A stretch of DNA of 38,968 nt, from contig JAUVAX010000021.1 of NCBI GenBank assembly GCA_030591685.1, positions 1 to 38,968 of the forward strand. The letters are read 5' to 3'. The translations under genes and the position numbers were made by a program. Numbering within the stretch: position 1 is the first letter of the stretch; the number at the start of each line of letters is the position of its first letter. A model generated the notes under the pieces. That model was not told where the DNA came from. It ran no database searches and saw only the letters and a list, made by a program, of their open reading frames with translations. Below, in pieces: positions 18,145-28,022 of the stretch. This DNA comes from Pseudobdellovibrionaceae bacterium (GTDB lineage: Bacteria; Bdellovibrionota; Bdellovibrionia; Bdellovibrionales; UBA1609).

Positions 18145-19020
18145 ATGACAATTATTCCGATCCTTGGATTTAGCGAGCCTTTTAACTCCATCACCCACCT
18201 TCTTGGTGCCGTGGTGTCATTTGTGGCCGCCTATTTTTTGATCTATAGGGGGCGGGGCAATAGTAATAGGGTCATTGGGTTATTAATTTATTCATTTTGT
18301 CTTATATTTCTTTTATCAATGAGTGGCGTTTATCATTTGTTAGAAAAAGGCGGCGAGGCCAATTACGTTTTACATGTTCTTGATTATACAGGCATATTTG
18401 GGCTTATTTCGGGGACATTCACACCCATACATATAATTTTATTTCGAGGCCTGCATAGGTGGTTAGTGCTTGTTATTGTATGGACGCTTTCAATCACGGG
18501 GCTAACATTAACGGCCGTGTTTTTTTCGCAAATACCACAAGGCTTTAACTTAAGTGTATTTTTGTTTTTAGGTTGGATAGGGCTTTACACCCTTTGGAAA
18601 ATATACCACATGCACTCAAAAAGACTTGTAAAGCTCATGTTGTATGGCGGGGTTTCATACACTGTGGGGGCTATTATTGAGTTTGCTCAGTGGCCTGATA
18701 TTATACCTGGGGTTATTGACCCTCATGGGATATTTCATATTTTTGTTCTGTTGGGGGCTTATTTTCATTGGCGGCTTGTGTATGAAATTTCAAAATATCC
18801 TATAAGCTCTAAAATCACCATTATTGTTAGAGAACTACCGGAAGGGGTGTTTCAAGCCGTGGCCACCTCTGAGAAGGTTTCTTTTACTGGAGGGTCGGTA
18901 AAAGAAATTAAAGAAACTGTGTTAAAGTGGATTGAAAATGAATACCACCACTCTATGAGGCCTACATTTATTAACTTCAAGTACACTCAAGAAGAGGACC
19001 TTTGTTTAAAACCCAAATAG
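18145..19020 (+). CDS. Hemolysin III (PAQR/TrhA family) membrane protein with C-terminal HicB-like extension
   Basis: EPFNSITH, SGVYH, LDYTGIF..ISGTFTP, GGVSYTVGA, HGIFHIFVLLGAYFH, followed by ~70 extra soluble residues. Confidence 0.9.
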   Translation: MTIIPILGFSEPFNSITHLLGAVVSFVAAYFLIYRGRGNSNRVIGLLIYSFCLIFLLSMSGVYHLLEKGGEANYVLHVLDYTGIFGLISGTFTPIHIILFRGLHRWLVLVIVWTLSITGLTLTAVFFSQIPQGFNLSVFLFLGWIGLYTLWKIYHMHSKRLVKLMLYGGVSYTVGAIIEFAQWPDIIPGVIDPHGIFHIFVLLGAYFHWRLVYEISKYPISSKITIIVRELPEGVFQAVATSEKVSFTGGSVKEIKETVLKWIENEYHHSMRPTFINFKYTQEEDLCLKPK

Positions 19021-19186
19021 GTCAGTTAATAATTTTAGAGGCCCACTTTGTTGAAAGTAAATCTATCACCACTCTTATAAAGCATTAAATTTTATAAACG
19101 CGTTAAAACAAGATCCATTCACTAGGCCAGTGTCGACTAGCTATTTTTAAGTAGAAGCTCCCATGGGGAGCGTTATGTATAGGCTC

Positions 19187-20224
19187 TTAATTAATTGAGG
19201 TGTTCAGTTGTCCACAGGCGGCGAGTACATCGTCACCCTTAGTGTCTCTAATAAGGGTGGGTATTTTATAAGTGTCCAATATTTTTTTAAAGACCTTAAC
19301 GGTTTGTAGTGGGGGTCTTTTATATTGAGAGCCCGGAAAGGGGTTAAAGGGGATGAGGTTTACATAAGCCCTTTTACCAGCGAGTAGTTGCCCCACTTCA
19401 TGGGCGTCTATTTGGGCGTCATTAAAATCATAAATCAATAAGTACTCATATGTGATAAATTGTTTTTTTTGAAGCTTTAGGGCGTCAATAGAGTTGATAA
19501 CACCTTTAAGGGGGTATTTTTTGTTAATAGGTATAAGCTGAGTTCGCTTTTCATCAAAGGGCGAGTGTAGTGAGAGGGCCAGATTTACCGGAGGCATTTC
19601 TTTGTTCCATTTTTTAAGCCCAGGCAAGTAGCCCGAGGTAGAGATGGTGATTTTTTGAGAGCCTATAGATAACCCATGAGTAGATAAAAAAATCTCACAA
19701 GACTTTTTAACCTCATTAAAATTATGTAGTGGCTCCCCTTGGCCCATAAAAACGATATTTAAAATACGCTCTTCGCCGAGGCGATTTTGCTTTAACCATC
19801 TCCAGGCCTCAAGGTATTGCCCGACGATTTCGTGTGCTAAAAGGCTTCTTTTAAACCCCTGAACCCCTGTAAAACAAAAAGAGCATTTCATAGCACAGCC
19901 CGCTTGAGAAGAAAGGCAAATGGTATATTTTTTATTAAAAGGTATAAGTACGGACTCTATTTTTTGACCACAAGTGAGTTTAAAAATTAATTTTACTGTG
20001 CGGTCTTCAGATTGAAGGACGGATTCAAGTTTAGGCAAGTGAAAGTGAAAGTTATCGTTAACAAAGCCTTTGGTTTTAAGAGAAATATTCTCAGGGCAGG
20101 CTTCGACCTTTTTTTTTTTAAAGTGCCAGTTATGTAAAGTGCTGGCGGCATGGGGGTTGAGGTTGTTATTGAGCAACAACTCTCTTAAGTCATCAAAGCT
20201 CGTTGCATAGAAGGCCTTTTTCAT
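19187..20224 (-). CDS. rlmN: RlmN-family radical SAM RNA methyltransferase
   Basis: IESVLIP, CLSSQAGCAMKCSFC (CxxxCxxC), MGQGEPLHN, NLALSLH, AACGQL. Confidence 0.92.
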   Translation of the reverse strand: MKKAFYATSFDDLRELLLNNNLNPHAASTLHNWHFKKKKVEACPENISLKTKGFVNDNFHFHLPKLESVLQSEDRTVKLIFKLTCGQKIESVLIPFNKKYTICLSSQAGCAMKCSFCFTGVQGFKRSLLAHEIVGQYLEAWRWLKQNRLGEERILNIVFMGQGEPLHNFNEVKKSCEIFLSTHGLSIGSQKITISTSGYLPGLKKWNKEMPPVNLALSLHSPFDEKRTQLIPINKKYPLKGVINSIDALKLQKKQFITYEYLLIYDFNDAQIDAHEVGQLLAGKRAYVNLIPFNPFPGSQYKRPPLQTVKVFKKILDTYKIPTLIRDTKGDDVLAACGQLNTSIN

Positions 20225-20227
20225 TTT

Positions 20228-21784
20228 TTACCAATCAATGGGTCGATAGTCTTTTAAAAATTTACCGCACCAATGTTGACCGGTAAGGATGCCGTCAAAA
20301 AATGGGTCACAAATTCGGGCGGCCCCGTCGACTATATCCAGTGGGGGTTGAAAATCATGAATGTCCTCTTTAAGTTTCGCTAATTGGGCAGGGTCCTCAT
20401 CGGTGACCCATCCGGTGTCGACCGCATTTACATAAATACCATGGTTTGCTAATTCACCGGAGCTTGTGTTGGTGAGCATATTTATGGCGGCTTTTGCCAT
20501 GTTTGTGTGAGGGTGGCGAGGCTCTTTTTTAAAACGTTGAAACTTGCCCTCCATTGCCGTGACGTTAACAATGTGTTTTTGTCCGGTATTATCTCTCTTC
20601 ATCATAGGCGTCAGTGCATTACAAAGAACAAACGGGGCCACAGCGTTTACAAGTTGTACCTCGAGCATTTCAGAGGTGTTTATTTCTCCTAATTTTAAAC
20701 GCCAACTGTTTGTGGTCCGTAAATCAACTTGTTGTAAGTCAGCATCTAGCTGCCCCTTGGGGAAGACCTCTTGAACTTTCAGTGAGTCATCATAAGAGTA
20801 AGGGACTTGCGATAATTGTGCAGAGGCTCTTAGCCCCACCCCAGGCCCTTGACCGTGCCAAATTACGGGCAAAGCACTTTCTGAGGCCATGTCGGTATTG
20901 CAAAGTCCGTTAAGCTGTCGGGTGCAAGCGTGGTGCTCACTTAAGAGTTGTTTTTCTTTTTCGTTAAAGCTTGAAAGTTCTCGAGCTTCATTTTTCATTA
21001 AGTGCTTGTAAAAACCAGGTGGGCGGCGAACGGTTTGAGCCGCATTATTTAATAGTAAATCAAGTCGATCATATTTTTGCTCGATAAAGCGAGCAAAAAT
21101 CTCAACACTAGGGGTATGACGTAAATCAAGCCCGTAGATTTGCAGGCGGTGCCCCCAGCTATTAAAGTCAGGCTCTTTAGAGTATCTAATCGCTGAATCC
21201 TTTGGAAACCGAGTAGTAGCGATCACCCTTGCCCCGGCTCGTAACATCATTAACGTTGCATGATAGCCAATTTTTAATCGAGAGCCTGTAATAAGCGCGA
21301 CCTGTCCTTTAAGTGAGGCGGTTTGAAACCTCTTCTTATAATTTAAATCAGCACATTTCATGCACATGGTATCGTAAAAATGGTGAACCTGTTTAAATTC
21401 AGCGCGACACACATAACATCGGCGTGGAGACTTTAGCTCACCAACCGCTTCACACATAGACGCGTCTGAGGATGAAATTTGTAAAGGGGCTGAAAACACA
21501 TCAGTTGTTCTTGCTGAACGTATGCCGGTTTTAGCTCTAAGGGCCTTGTCGTGTTTAACAAGAGCATGCTTCTTGGCGGTACGTTTAATCTTTCCTCTTT
21601 TTCGAGCCTCATATTTATCGGGCCTTGAAAGTTGTCCTGCGGCAATGAGTAAATCTTTTCGTTCGGCCTTAGTAAGTAGGCTGAGCTGTGAGGTGTCCCG
21701 CACAAGATTTTGTAAAACTTTAATAGCTGATTTAATGGAGTCAGGTGAAATTGTTTTTTTCTCTTTATGCTGTTCATTGCACAT
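20228..21784 (-). CDS. Long atypical SDR-family oxidoreductase with N-terminal Zn-ribbon
   Basis: CYVC...[49 protein letters not shown] 21784 has an AAGAGG RBS (track start 21820). 3 nt separate it from rlmN. Confidence 0.88.
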   Translation of the reverse strand: MCNEQHKEKKTISPDSIKSAIKVLQNLVRDTSQLSLLTKAERKDLLIAAGQLSRPDKYEARKRGKIKRTAKKHALVKHDKALRAKTGIRSARTTDVFSAPLQISSSDASMCEAVGELKSPRRCYVCRAEFKQVHHFYDTMCMKCADLNYKKRFQTASLKGQVALITGSRLKIGYHATLMMLRAGARVIATTRFPKDSAIRYSKEPDFNSWGHRLQIYGLDLRHTPSVEIFARFIEQKYDRLDLLLNNAAQTVRRPPGFYKHLMKNEARELSSFNEKEKQLLSEHHACTRQLNGLCNTDMASESALPVIWHGQGPGVGLRASAQLSQVPYSYDDSLKVQEVFPKGQLDADLQQVDLRTTNSWRLKLGEINTSEMLEVQLVNAVAPFVLCNALTPMMKRDNTGQKHIVNVTAMEGKFQRFKKEPRHPHTNMAKAAINMLTNTSSGELANHGIYVNAVDTGWVTDEDPAQLAKLKEDIHDFQPPLDIVDGAARICDPFFDGILTGQHWCGKFLKDYRPIDW

Positions 21785-22156
21785 ATACTTAAGGCCTCTT
21801 AAGGGTGGTAGACCATCCATATAGCCTAATCTTGTGCTAATGGCATGTATAAAAAAAGCTCATTTATAAGAGAGAGCCTTAGGGTGACTAATTTTGGTAT
21901 AACCTAAGGGCTTAATCAAAAAGAGCTTTGTAGATCAGTGACTCATGTAGCCACCCCTATTTTTTTAAGGGACATAGGTTGTTTATATACAGGACGTATA
22001 ACTTTTAGTCGTCGTACGGTATTGGGGCGTGCTGCCTTTAGTTGTTTTAATGGGTTAGCAGTGAAATTTACGTATTAACGCGATGCTAACGCCCCCTGTT
22101 TTGACCTGAGGTACAATATTTATAAGTGAGATGGTTCTTATAGCTTAGGAGTGAGT

Positions 22157-23002
22157 ATGAAAAAAGGAATGTATGTTAAATATGTTGTACCACTTAGTCT
22201 AGCAGCATTGCTGGGCTTTTCAAATAACGCTAAGGCGGAGACGAGTGACGCTCCACCTATGATCAAAATCGCACAGAGCACAGCTAAGTCAAATTATTCA
22301 CTGAGTTCGGTGATGGTGTATGGCTCTTGTAATAGGCCCGGGTCGAGAGTGAGTATTAAAGTCGAGCACAGAAACCCATATAGCGGGTATGTGAGTTATG
22401 CGTACAGGGACACGAAGTGTCTATTTAACTCAATATTTGCAACGATTTTTCTAAAATTTGAACTAAGAGCAAATAGTATTTATGCAAGCGGGCCAATAAG
22501 AGTTACAGCAGCCATGAGAGGGTCATCCTATGCATATGTAGCTCAAGATGTTCGTTATCGTACTTATTATAGAGGTATTACTCGGTTTGTAGAGACCGTC
22601 ACAAAAGTTTGGAGAGATTCGTCGGTTCATAGAATCACGTTAACAGGGATTTGCTCTGTTAGGGGCGCTGTCATGCATATTGCCATATTTTCGGGTGGCC
22701 CAAATACGTATAGGTTAGTTGAAGCAAAGTGTAACTATTTAAGTACCTACATTGTTTCTCTTAAGGTCCCTAAAGCTGAATATGGGTTCTATGCGGCCTT
22801 TGTCGTAGAGAGTATTTATGTGGGTGATGAGGCTGATGGCACACCTCTTGTTCTGAGAAGCTTTAGGTTTAATGGGTTTAAGAGTGACCCCGGCTTAACA
22901 TACTTTGGGTATCACTTTACTTGGCAGGAAATTTACAAACACTACTTTGAGCCTACAATTTACGCCATTAAAGATTCAGTTGAAGCTTATGCAAGCCTTT
23001 AG
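22157..23002 (+). CDS. Hypothetical secreted protein with two internal beta-rich repeats
   Basis: AGGAG RBS before ATG 22157; signal peptide ending AKA; VYGSCNRPGSRVSI..TKCLFNSIF resembles LTGICSVRGAVMHI..AKCNYLSTY. Confidence 0.75.
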   Translation: MKKGMYVKYVVPLSLAALLGFSNNAKAETSDAPPMIKIAQSTAKSNYSLSSVMVYGSCNRPGSRVSIKVEHRNPYSGYVSYAYRDTKCLFNSIFATIFLKFELRANSIYASGPIRVTAAMRGSSYAYVAQDVRYRTYYRGITRFVETVTKVWRDSSVHRITLTGICSVRGAVMHIAIFSGGPNTYRLVEAKCNYLSTYIVSLKVPKAEYGFYAAFVVESIYVGDEADGTPLVLRSFRFNGFKSDPGLTYFGYHFTWQEIYKHYFEPTIYAIKDSVEAYASL

Positions 23003-23064
23003 AGGGGTAAGCAAGGCGTATTAAAGGGTTTTAATCTTCTACAAGAAACAAAATATAAAAAATG

Positions 23065-23100
23065 GCAATGCTGGGCTTAAAAGTCCGGCATTGTTTTTTT
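23065..23100 (+). terminator. Rho-independent terminator, probably bidirectional
   Basis: GCAATGCTGGGCT-TAAA-AGTCCGGCATTGT followed by a T-run, with an A-run upstream, between convergent genes. Confidence 0.75.
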
Positions 23101-23140
23101 AAAAATCTATGGGGCAAGCTGAGTGCTCACAGCGGGTTGT

Positions 23141-24508
23141 CTATTTTCTACGACTGGCGGGGGATCTTCGTCTTACAGAACAACCTAAAAATAAAGCTCG
23201 GTTGCAATCGCGTTTAATTTTATTCCTTAAAACTGAAAAACTCTCTGTCGAGTATTTATTATCAACGTCCGGAATAGGAGATACGCCGCTTAATGATGAA
23301 GTAAACACTCGGCCACTACTAAGTGTGTAATCCGTCTCTAGTGGTGTGGTTTCTAGTTCAAATGAGTTTTCAGTAAACTCAGCGCCCGGAGGCATGTTTT
23401 CACAAATCGGATCGCCGGGGTAACGCAAGCATATAGACAATAATTCGTTCTCAGAGTAAGAGGTCATGCAGCTACTAGGGTCTTGATCACAGAGAGGGTT
23501 TGAGGATAATGATTGTTTTATACACGTAGGAGACGCACTATTTCTCAAATGACTGCAATAAGGCTTTGAACTTCTTTTGGTGCAAAACCGTTTTTCTGAA
23601 CTAGCACCAGAGGAGTTATTGCAATAAACCCTTACAAATCTTTGACACGTTGAGCTTGGCGATTTTCCCTCACTCGAACAGCGCTGGAGCAAAGGGGCCT
23701 CACAGGTTTTTTTTGAAAAATTCTTACCTAAAGAGCAATTAATACGGGGGGTGGGAGGAGGCTCTTTTCGGGCAATTTTTACTTTCCTAGGTCTTACTCG
23801 GACTTTTCGCTCTTGCGGTTTTTTAGAGGCGATTGTTCTCTTAGAGAATTGAGCAATAAATCGTTTAAAGCGACGCTCACAACTCTTGGCATTTATCGTA
23901 GAGCTCTTAACCTTTGATGATTTTTTAATTATTTCACGGAGTCCATCCTGAATTTTAACCCGAGCGCTATTAGTATGTTTGAGAGCTCTATTTAGGGTGG
24001 TCTTTGAGGTGGGTATGGCAGCTTGGGCTGTTTTATTAGCGCTTATAGAATGGTTGAGTAGATTAACAACTTTTTTTTGCTTAAATGACGAACACTCTAA
24101 AACCGCCCTCTTCATATCAGAGGATGTTGTACTGCATGTCCCCTGTAGTTTAGCGGCATCTTTTACAGGAGAATTATTTTTTATAGCTTTTAAAGCGTCC
24201 ATAAGACGAGAGCCCTCGGCCTCGACTTTTGCTAAGAGCGGGAGGCATCGGTCAATGGATCTTTGAATTTTAATAACCTCTTCATTGGCCTCAATGGCAG
24301 CATCTAACGCCTTTTGTTTTGAAATGAAACCAGTTGTGGTTGTCGGCCTTGCTTTTGCTATTAGGCCCTCGGCCGCTTGTGATTCCTTTGCGGCATTATA
24401 CTTGGCAGAGTTTGATCTAGAGTTTTTAGCTCCAAATGTGGGACTACAAAAAAGAACAATTGGTAAAAGTATAACAATGTAATTTTTTGCTTTCAAAATG
24501 CTCCTCAT
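23141..24508 (-). CDS. Hypothetical secreted basic protein: helical N-terminal half, Cys-rich C-terminal half
   Basis: ATG 24508 gives a signal peptide (MRSILKAKNYIVILLPIVLFCSPTFG); the track start is TTG 24562; many spaced Cys after the PPPTP linker. Confidence 0.75.
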   Translation of the reverse strand: MRSILKAKNYIVILLPIVLFCSPTFGAKNSRSNSAKYNAAKESQAAEGLIAKARPTTTTGFISKQKALDAAIEANEEVIKIQRSIDRCLPLLAKVEAEGSRLMDALKAIKNNSPVKDAAKLQGTCSTTSSDMKRAVLECSSFKQKKVVNLLNHSISANKTAQAAIPTSKTTLNRALKHTNSARVKIQDGLREIIKKSSKVKSSTINAKSCERRFKRFIAQFSKRTIASKKPQERKVRVRPRKVKIARKEPPPTPRINCSLGKNFSKKTCEAPLLQRCSSEGKSPSSTCQRFVRVYCNNSSGASSEKRFCTKRSSKPYCSHLRNSASPTCIKQSLSSNPLCDQDPSSCMTSYSENELLSICLRYPGDPICENMPPGAEFTENSFELETTPLETDYTLSSGRVFTSSLSGVSPIPDVDNKYSTESFSVLRNKIKRDCNRALFLGCSVRRRSPASRRK

Positions 24509-24592
24509 TTGTTTGTCATTCTGTCTGGGGTTAAGTAGTTGCCTTAGTTCTTTAAAAATCAAGACCTACAGAGCTATGACTGGTTAATTAAT

Positions 24593-24620
24593 TTATCGGC
24601 CGCAAAAGAAAGGAATATTA
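24593..24620 (-). promoter_or_regulatory. Sigma28 (FliA)-type promoter
   Basis: Minus strand TAAT-N16-GCCGATAA, with a perfect FliA -10, directly upstream of the Cys-rich gene. Confidence 0.55.
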
Positions 24621-24886
24621 GTCGCGGGGGCAATAAAGTAGAGGCTCAACATCACTTTGGACCTTGGTCATATGGCTCTCGCTGAAGTGGTTCATATGGG
24701 GGGGGGAGAGATACCAAAATAAAGTTTAATCGGTCTGATTTGCTCTCTGGGCGCACAAGGACCTTAGTCGGGTTTAATGCTGTTAGTTGGTGAATGTCAG
24801 GGTGAATACTTTAAGAGGGTGTTGAGAGGTAAAGTCTCGCTAAAAATAACTTTTAAAGCGAGGCTCTAGGATAAAATAGCTTTTAA

Positions 24887-25594
24887 TTAATCGCACATGT
24901 TAACGCGGTACTTACTGCGACCGTTATAATTAATAAGCTCTGGGTTAATTGGTAAAATAAGAGTTCGTCTGTTTCCGTTTTTTGAGTTTTTAACTCTAAT
25001 TCTGAGATCGGTGGCAAACTCAGGCACGCAGCGAGTGTATTGATTGCTGCTCACTGTGGGGAGTTTGTATGAGAACTTTTTTGCTTTACCTTCGTATGCA
25101 TTGCTGCCCGTTGGTATGCGGAGCGCTTGAAGCGAGGCAATAGAGGTGCCATTTACAAGGAGCTCAGCACTAAGTATTTGTAGGCTTGGACGTCTTGAAA
25201 TCACTCGTGCGCAAATCCTAATGTCTCGCTTTCTTTTGTAGATAATGCTTCCCCCGCGATCAAGCAAACCACCGTGGTCTTGTTCGTTAACTACACAATT
25301 TGTAACAGTCAAAGGGGGGGCAAGTCTTAAGTTTTCAACTGATCTTTCTAGTTGGTCAAGGTGTTCTCTCATGTCAAAGATGGCATGCAGATAATCATTT
25401 TTAAAAGACTCAATGTCGTGCTTATTTCTGAGAGTGGTGAGCTCGGCGTTTAATGACTGCGTTTTAGAGAGCTCTATTTTTAGCTGATTAGAGGCTTTTA
25501 AAACAGCCCTTTTCCCGATAACAGAATTTCTTTTGTCATCAGCAAATACATTAACTGTCGAAAGCAGTAATAGAGCGATTAAAAATTTCTTCAT
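24887..25594 (-). CDS. Hypothetical secreted protein (coiled coil + beta domain)
   Basis: Signal peptide MKKFLIALLLLSTVNVFA; G-rich RBS; no family recognised. Confidence 0.8.
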   Translation of the reverse strand: MKKFLIALLLLSTVNVFADDKRNSVIGKRAVLKASNQLKIELSKTQSLNAELTTLRNKHDIESFKNDYLHAIFDMREHLDQLERSVENLRLAPPLTVTNCVVNEQDHGGLLDRGGSIIYKRKRDIRICARVISRRPSLQILSAELLVNGTSIASLQALRIPTGSNAYEGKAKKFSYKLPTVSSNQYTRCVPEFATDLRIRVKNSKNGNRRTLILPINPELINYNGRSKYRVNMCD

Positions 25595-25835
25595 GTAAAA
25601 CCCCCCAGGTTTTAAAGTTATTAATATATTGGTAGAGTGAGACTCTACACGCTTTACTAGCTTAAGTTGGGGTTCAAAGGAAGGTCCGCTAAATAAAAAC
25701 TATTAAATGAATATAATTCATAAAAAAAAATAAATCGGAAATAAAATTATTACCTATATGGTGTTAGTAAAGTGAGGAGGTCCTGTGATCGGTACAAACT
25801 GTAACCTATGTGCCCGGTGCGGACACTGGGAGTTG

Positions 25836-25911
<76 letters not shown>

Positions 25912-26010
25912 TCTCAGTGTAAAAATATGAGGTACTAGGTAGCCTTATTGGCATAATTCTGTCAAATCCTTATCTTGCGACCTCTCGCATTATTTGGTAG
26001 AAGGTTTGCT

Positions 26011-27021
26011 ATGAATTTAATAAACGAGTTAGTTAAAAATCCTTTTGTATTGGCTCCTATGGCGGGCATTACAGACAAAGCCTTTCGTGGCTTTATGCGG
26101 CAAATGAACTGTGGCCCTGTAATCACTGAACTCGTGAGCGCAAAAGGCCTTCAATATAATAGCGAAAAAACATTAAAGCTTATGCAGTTTGACAGTTATC
26201 AGCATCCTGTTGGCGTTCAAATATTTGGTGAGGATTTACAGACCCTTTCTGAGGCCGCTAAATTTATTGAGGGGATGGGGGCTGACTTTGTTGACTTAAA
26301 TTTTGGCTGCCCGGTGCCTAAGGTTGTAAAAAAAGGGTCTGGGTCGGCAGTGCTTAAAGACTTATCGAAGTTAAAAAAAATTTTAAGGGCTACAAAAAGT
26401 GCCGTGAGCATACCTGTAACAATCAAGGTGCGTACAGGCTGGGATGCACAAACAAGAAATACAGAACAGGTGGCTCAGATTGCCTATGACGAGGGGATTT
26501 CGTGGGTAGCTATACACGGTCGAACAAGGGCCCAGGGGTATTCGGGGCAGTCTGACTGGGACTATATCCGGCGAGTAAAGTCTGAGGCGCGATTGCCTAT
26601 CTTGGGTAATGGTGACATCACAACCCCGCAGTTAGCCATTAAAAGACTAGAAGAGAGCGGATGCGATGGAGTAATGATCGGCCGCGGGTGTTTAAAAAAC
26701 CCATGGATCTTTCGAGAGGCATTAAATTTATATTTAAAAAAGAACCATAATGTTCATCATGATTTTAAAGGATTATTTCAAGACCTTTATGAAAAGATGG
26801 CGAGCTTTCATGACGAACGAATTGCAGGCCTGCAAATCAAAAAACTATCAAGCTGGTTTTCAGCCGGCTACCCAGGGGCCGCCAACTATAGGCGTGAGCT
26901 ATTCAAAATCAAAGAGCATGATGAATTAATGGGTTATATAACTAACTATTTTTCCAATATTAGTAATCAGCCACAAAAAGACACGAGCAGCGAGTCGTTT
27001 TTAATGGGCGGGCACGGCTAA
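26011..27021 (+). CDS. dusB: tRNA-dihydrouridine synthase B
   Basis: LAPMAGITD, VDLNFGCPVPKV, VTIKVRTGWD, IHGRTRAQGY, GNGDI, GVMIGRG. ATG 26011 is preferred over TTG 25975. Confidence 0.93.
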   Translation: MNLINELVKNPFVLAPMAGITDKAFRGFMRQMNCGPVITELVSAKGLQYNSEKTLKLMQFDSYQHPVGVQIFGEDLQTLSEAAKFIEGMGADFVDLNFGCPVPKVVKKGSGSAVLKDLSKLKKILRATKSAVSIPVTIKVRTGWDAQTRNTEQVAQIAYDEGISWVAIHGRTRAQGYSGQSDWDYIRRVKSEARLPILGNGDITTPQLAIKRLEESGCDGVMIGRGCLKNPWIFREALNLYLKKNHNVHHDFKGLFQDLYEKMASFHDERIAGLQIKKLSSWFSAGYPGAANYRRELFKIKEHDELMGYITNYFSNISNQPQKDTSSESFLMGGHG

Positions 27022-27110
27022 AGTCATAATTATCTGCAATTGAAGTCTAGTAAAAATTAAATACATTAAGTTCTTCACGAGCTCCCATTAAAATACTATG
27101 TGGGTGAAAT

Positions 27111-28022
27111 ATGAATTATATTCTAGAGGCACGGGGCATTAAAAAAAATGGCGCGACAGATGAGCGCATTAAATCACTGAGTATTGATTTAATGGCAAAA
27201 GAGTCTTTAGCCATCGTCGGGATTCAAAGGGGTATAATTAAAAGCATTAGGGATATTTTAAGTGGCAATAGCACCTTTGACTCGGGCGAGCTATTTATAA
27301 ACGGGTTAAACTCAAAGTACGGCAAAACAAAGGCACACATTGGGCTTGTGAGCACGGATTATGGCTTGGACCCTAGGTTTACAGTTTTAGAAAATTTAAA
27401 CTTATATGCAAATTATTTTTCTTTAGATAAAAGTGAGTATAAAAAGCAAAAAGAGCACCTATTAAAAGAGTACAATTTAGAGTCGGCTCTGGAGAAACTA
27501 CCTTGTGAATTATCATTAATTGAAATTTTAAAAATATTAATTATCAGGGCCACTATCCCAAGCCCTGAGATAATTATTGCCGAAGAGCCAGCAGGGCTAA
27601 GTGCATCGTCTCGGCGGAGCTATTTAGATCTCTTAAGGCAGGCGACAAAGGGGAGGCGGGCTCTTGTTTACCTCACAACTCATACAATAAATATTGAAAG
27701 TTACTTTTCAAGGGTGGCTGTGTTTTTTCAAGGTGAGATCGTTTGTGAGGGTCCCCCAGACAAACTTATAGAGGAGAGGGTCGGGCAGGTCGTCGCTATT
27801 TTCTCTACAAAGGACAGGGATAAAGATTATTATATAAAAAAAATAAAAGCAGACCATAGCTATCAAATTATAAATAATAAAATCAGATTATATTTAAGTA
27901 ATAAAATGGATTTAAATGAAGCCATGGAGTTCCTCCCTGGAGAAAACTTGATTTATCGACAAAGCCGCTTAGAAGATGTTTTGGTAAAAATGCAGGGGCC
28001 TAAAGCGCTGGAGGAAGTATGA
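27111..28022 (+). CDS. ABC-2 type ATP-binding subunit (NodI-like) with degenerate catalytic motifs
   Basis: Colinear with ABC NBDs (DSGELFING, FTVLENL, LTTH, EGPP.KLI, LEDV), but Walker A, signature and Walker B are eroded. Confidence 0.8.
   Translation: MNYILEARGIKKNGATDERIKSLSIDLMAKESLAIVGIQRGIIKSIRDILSGNSTFDSGELFINGLNSKYGKTKAHIGLVSTDYGLDPRFTVLENLNLYANYFSLDKSEYKKQKEHLLKEYNLESALEKLPCELSLIEILKILIIRATIPSPEIIIAEEPAGLSASSRRSYLDLLRQATKGRRALVYLTTHTINIESYFSRVAVFFQGEIVCEGPPDKLIEERVGQVVAIFSTKDRDKDYYIKKIKADHSYQIINNKIRLYLSNKMDLNEAMEFLPGENLIYRQSRLEDVLVKMQGPKALEEV

Noticed and set aside
19187..20224. Cfr-type antibiotic resistance methyltransferase
   Set aside because: Motifs are compatible with RlmN and nothing specifically indicates Cfr; a phylogeny would be needed
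25813..25830. Hairpin CCCGGTG-CGGA-CACTGGG as the tRNA terminator
   Set aside because: Has a mismatch on the tRNA strand and no U-tract
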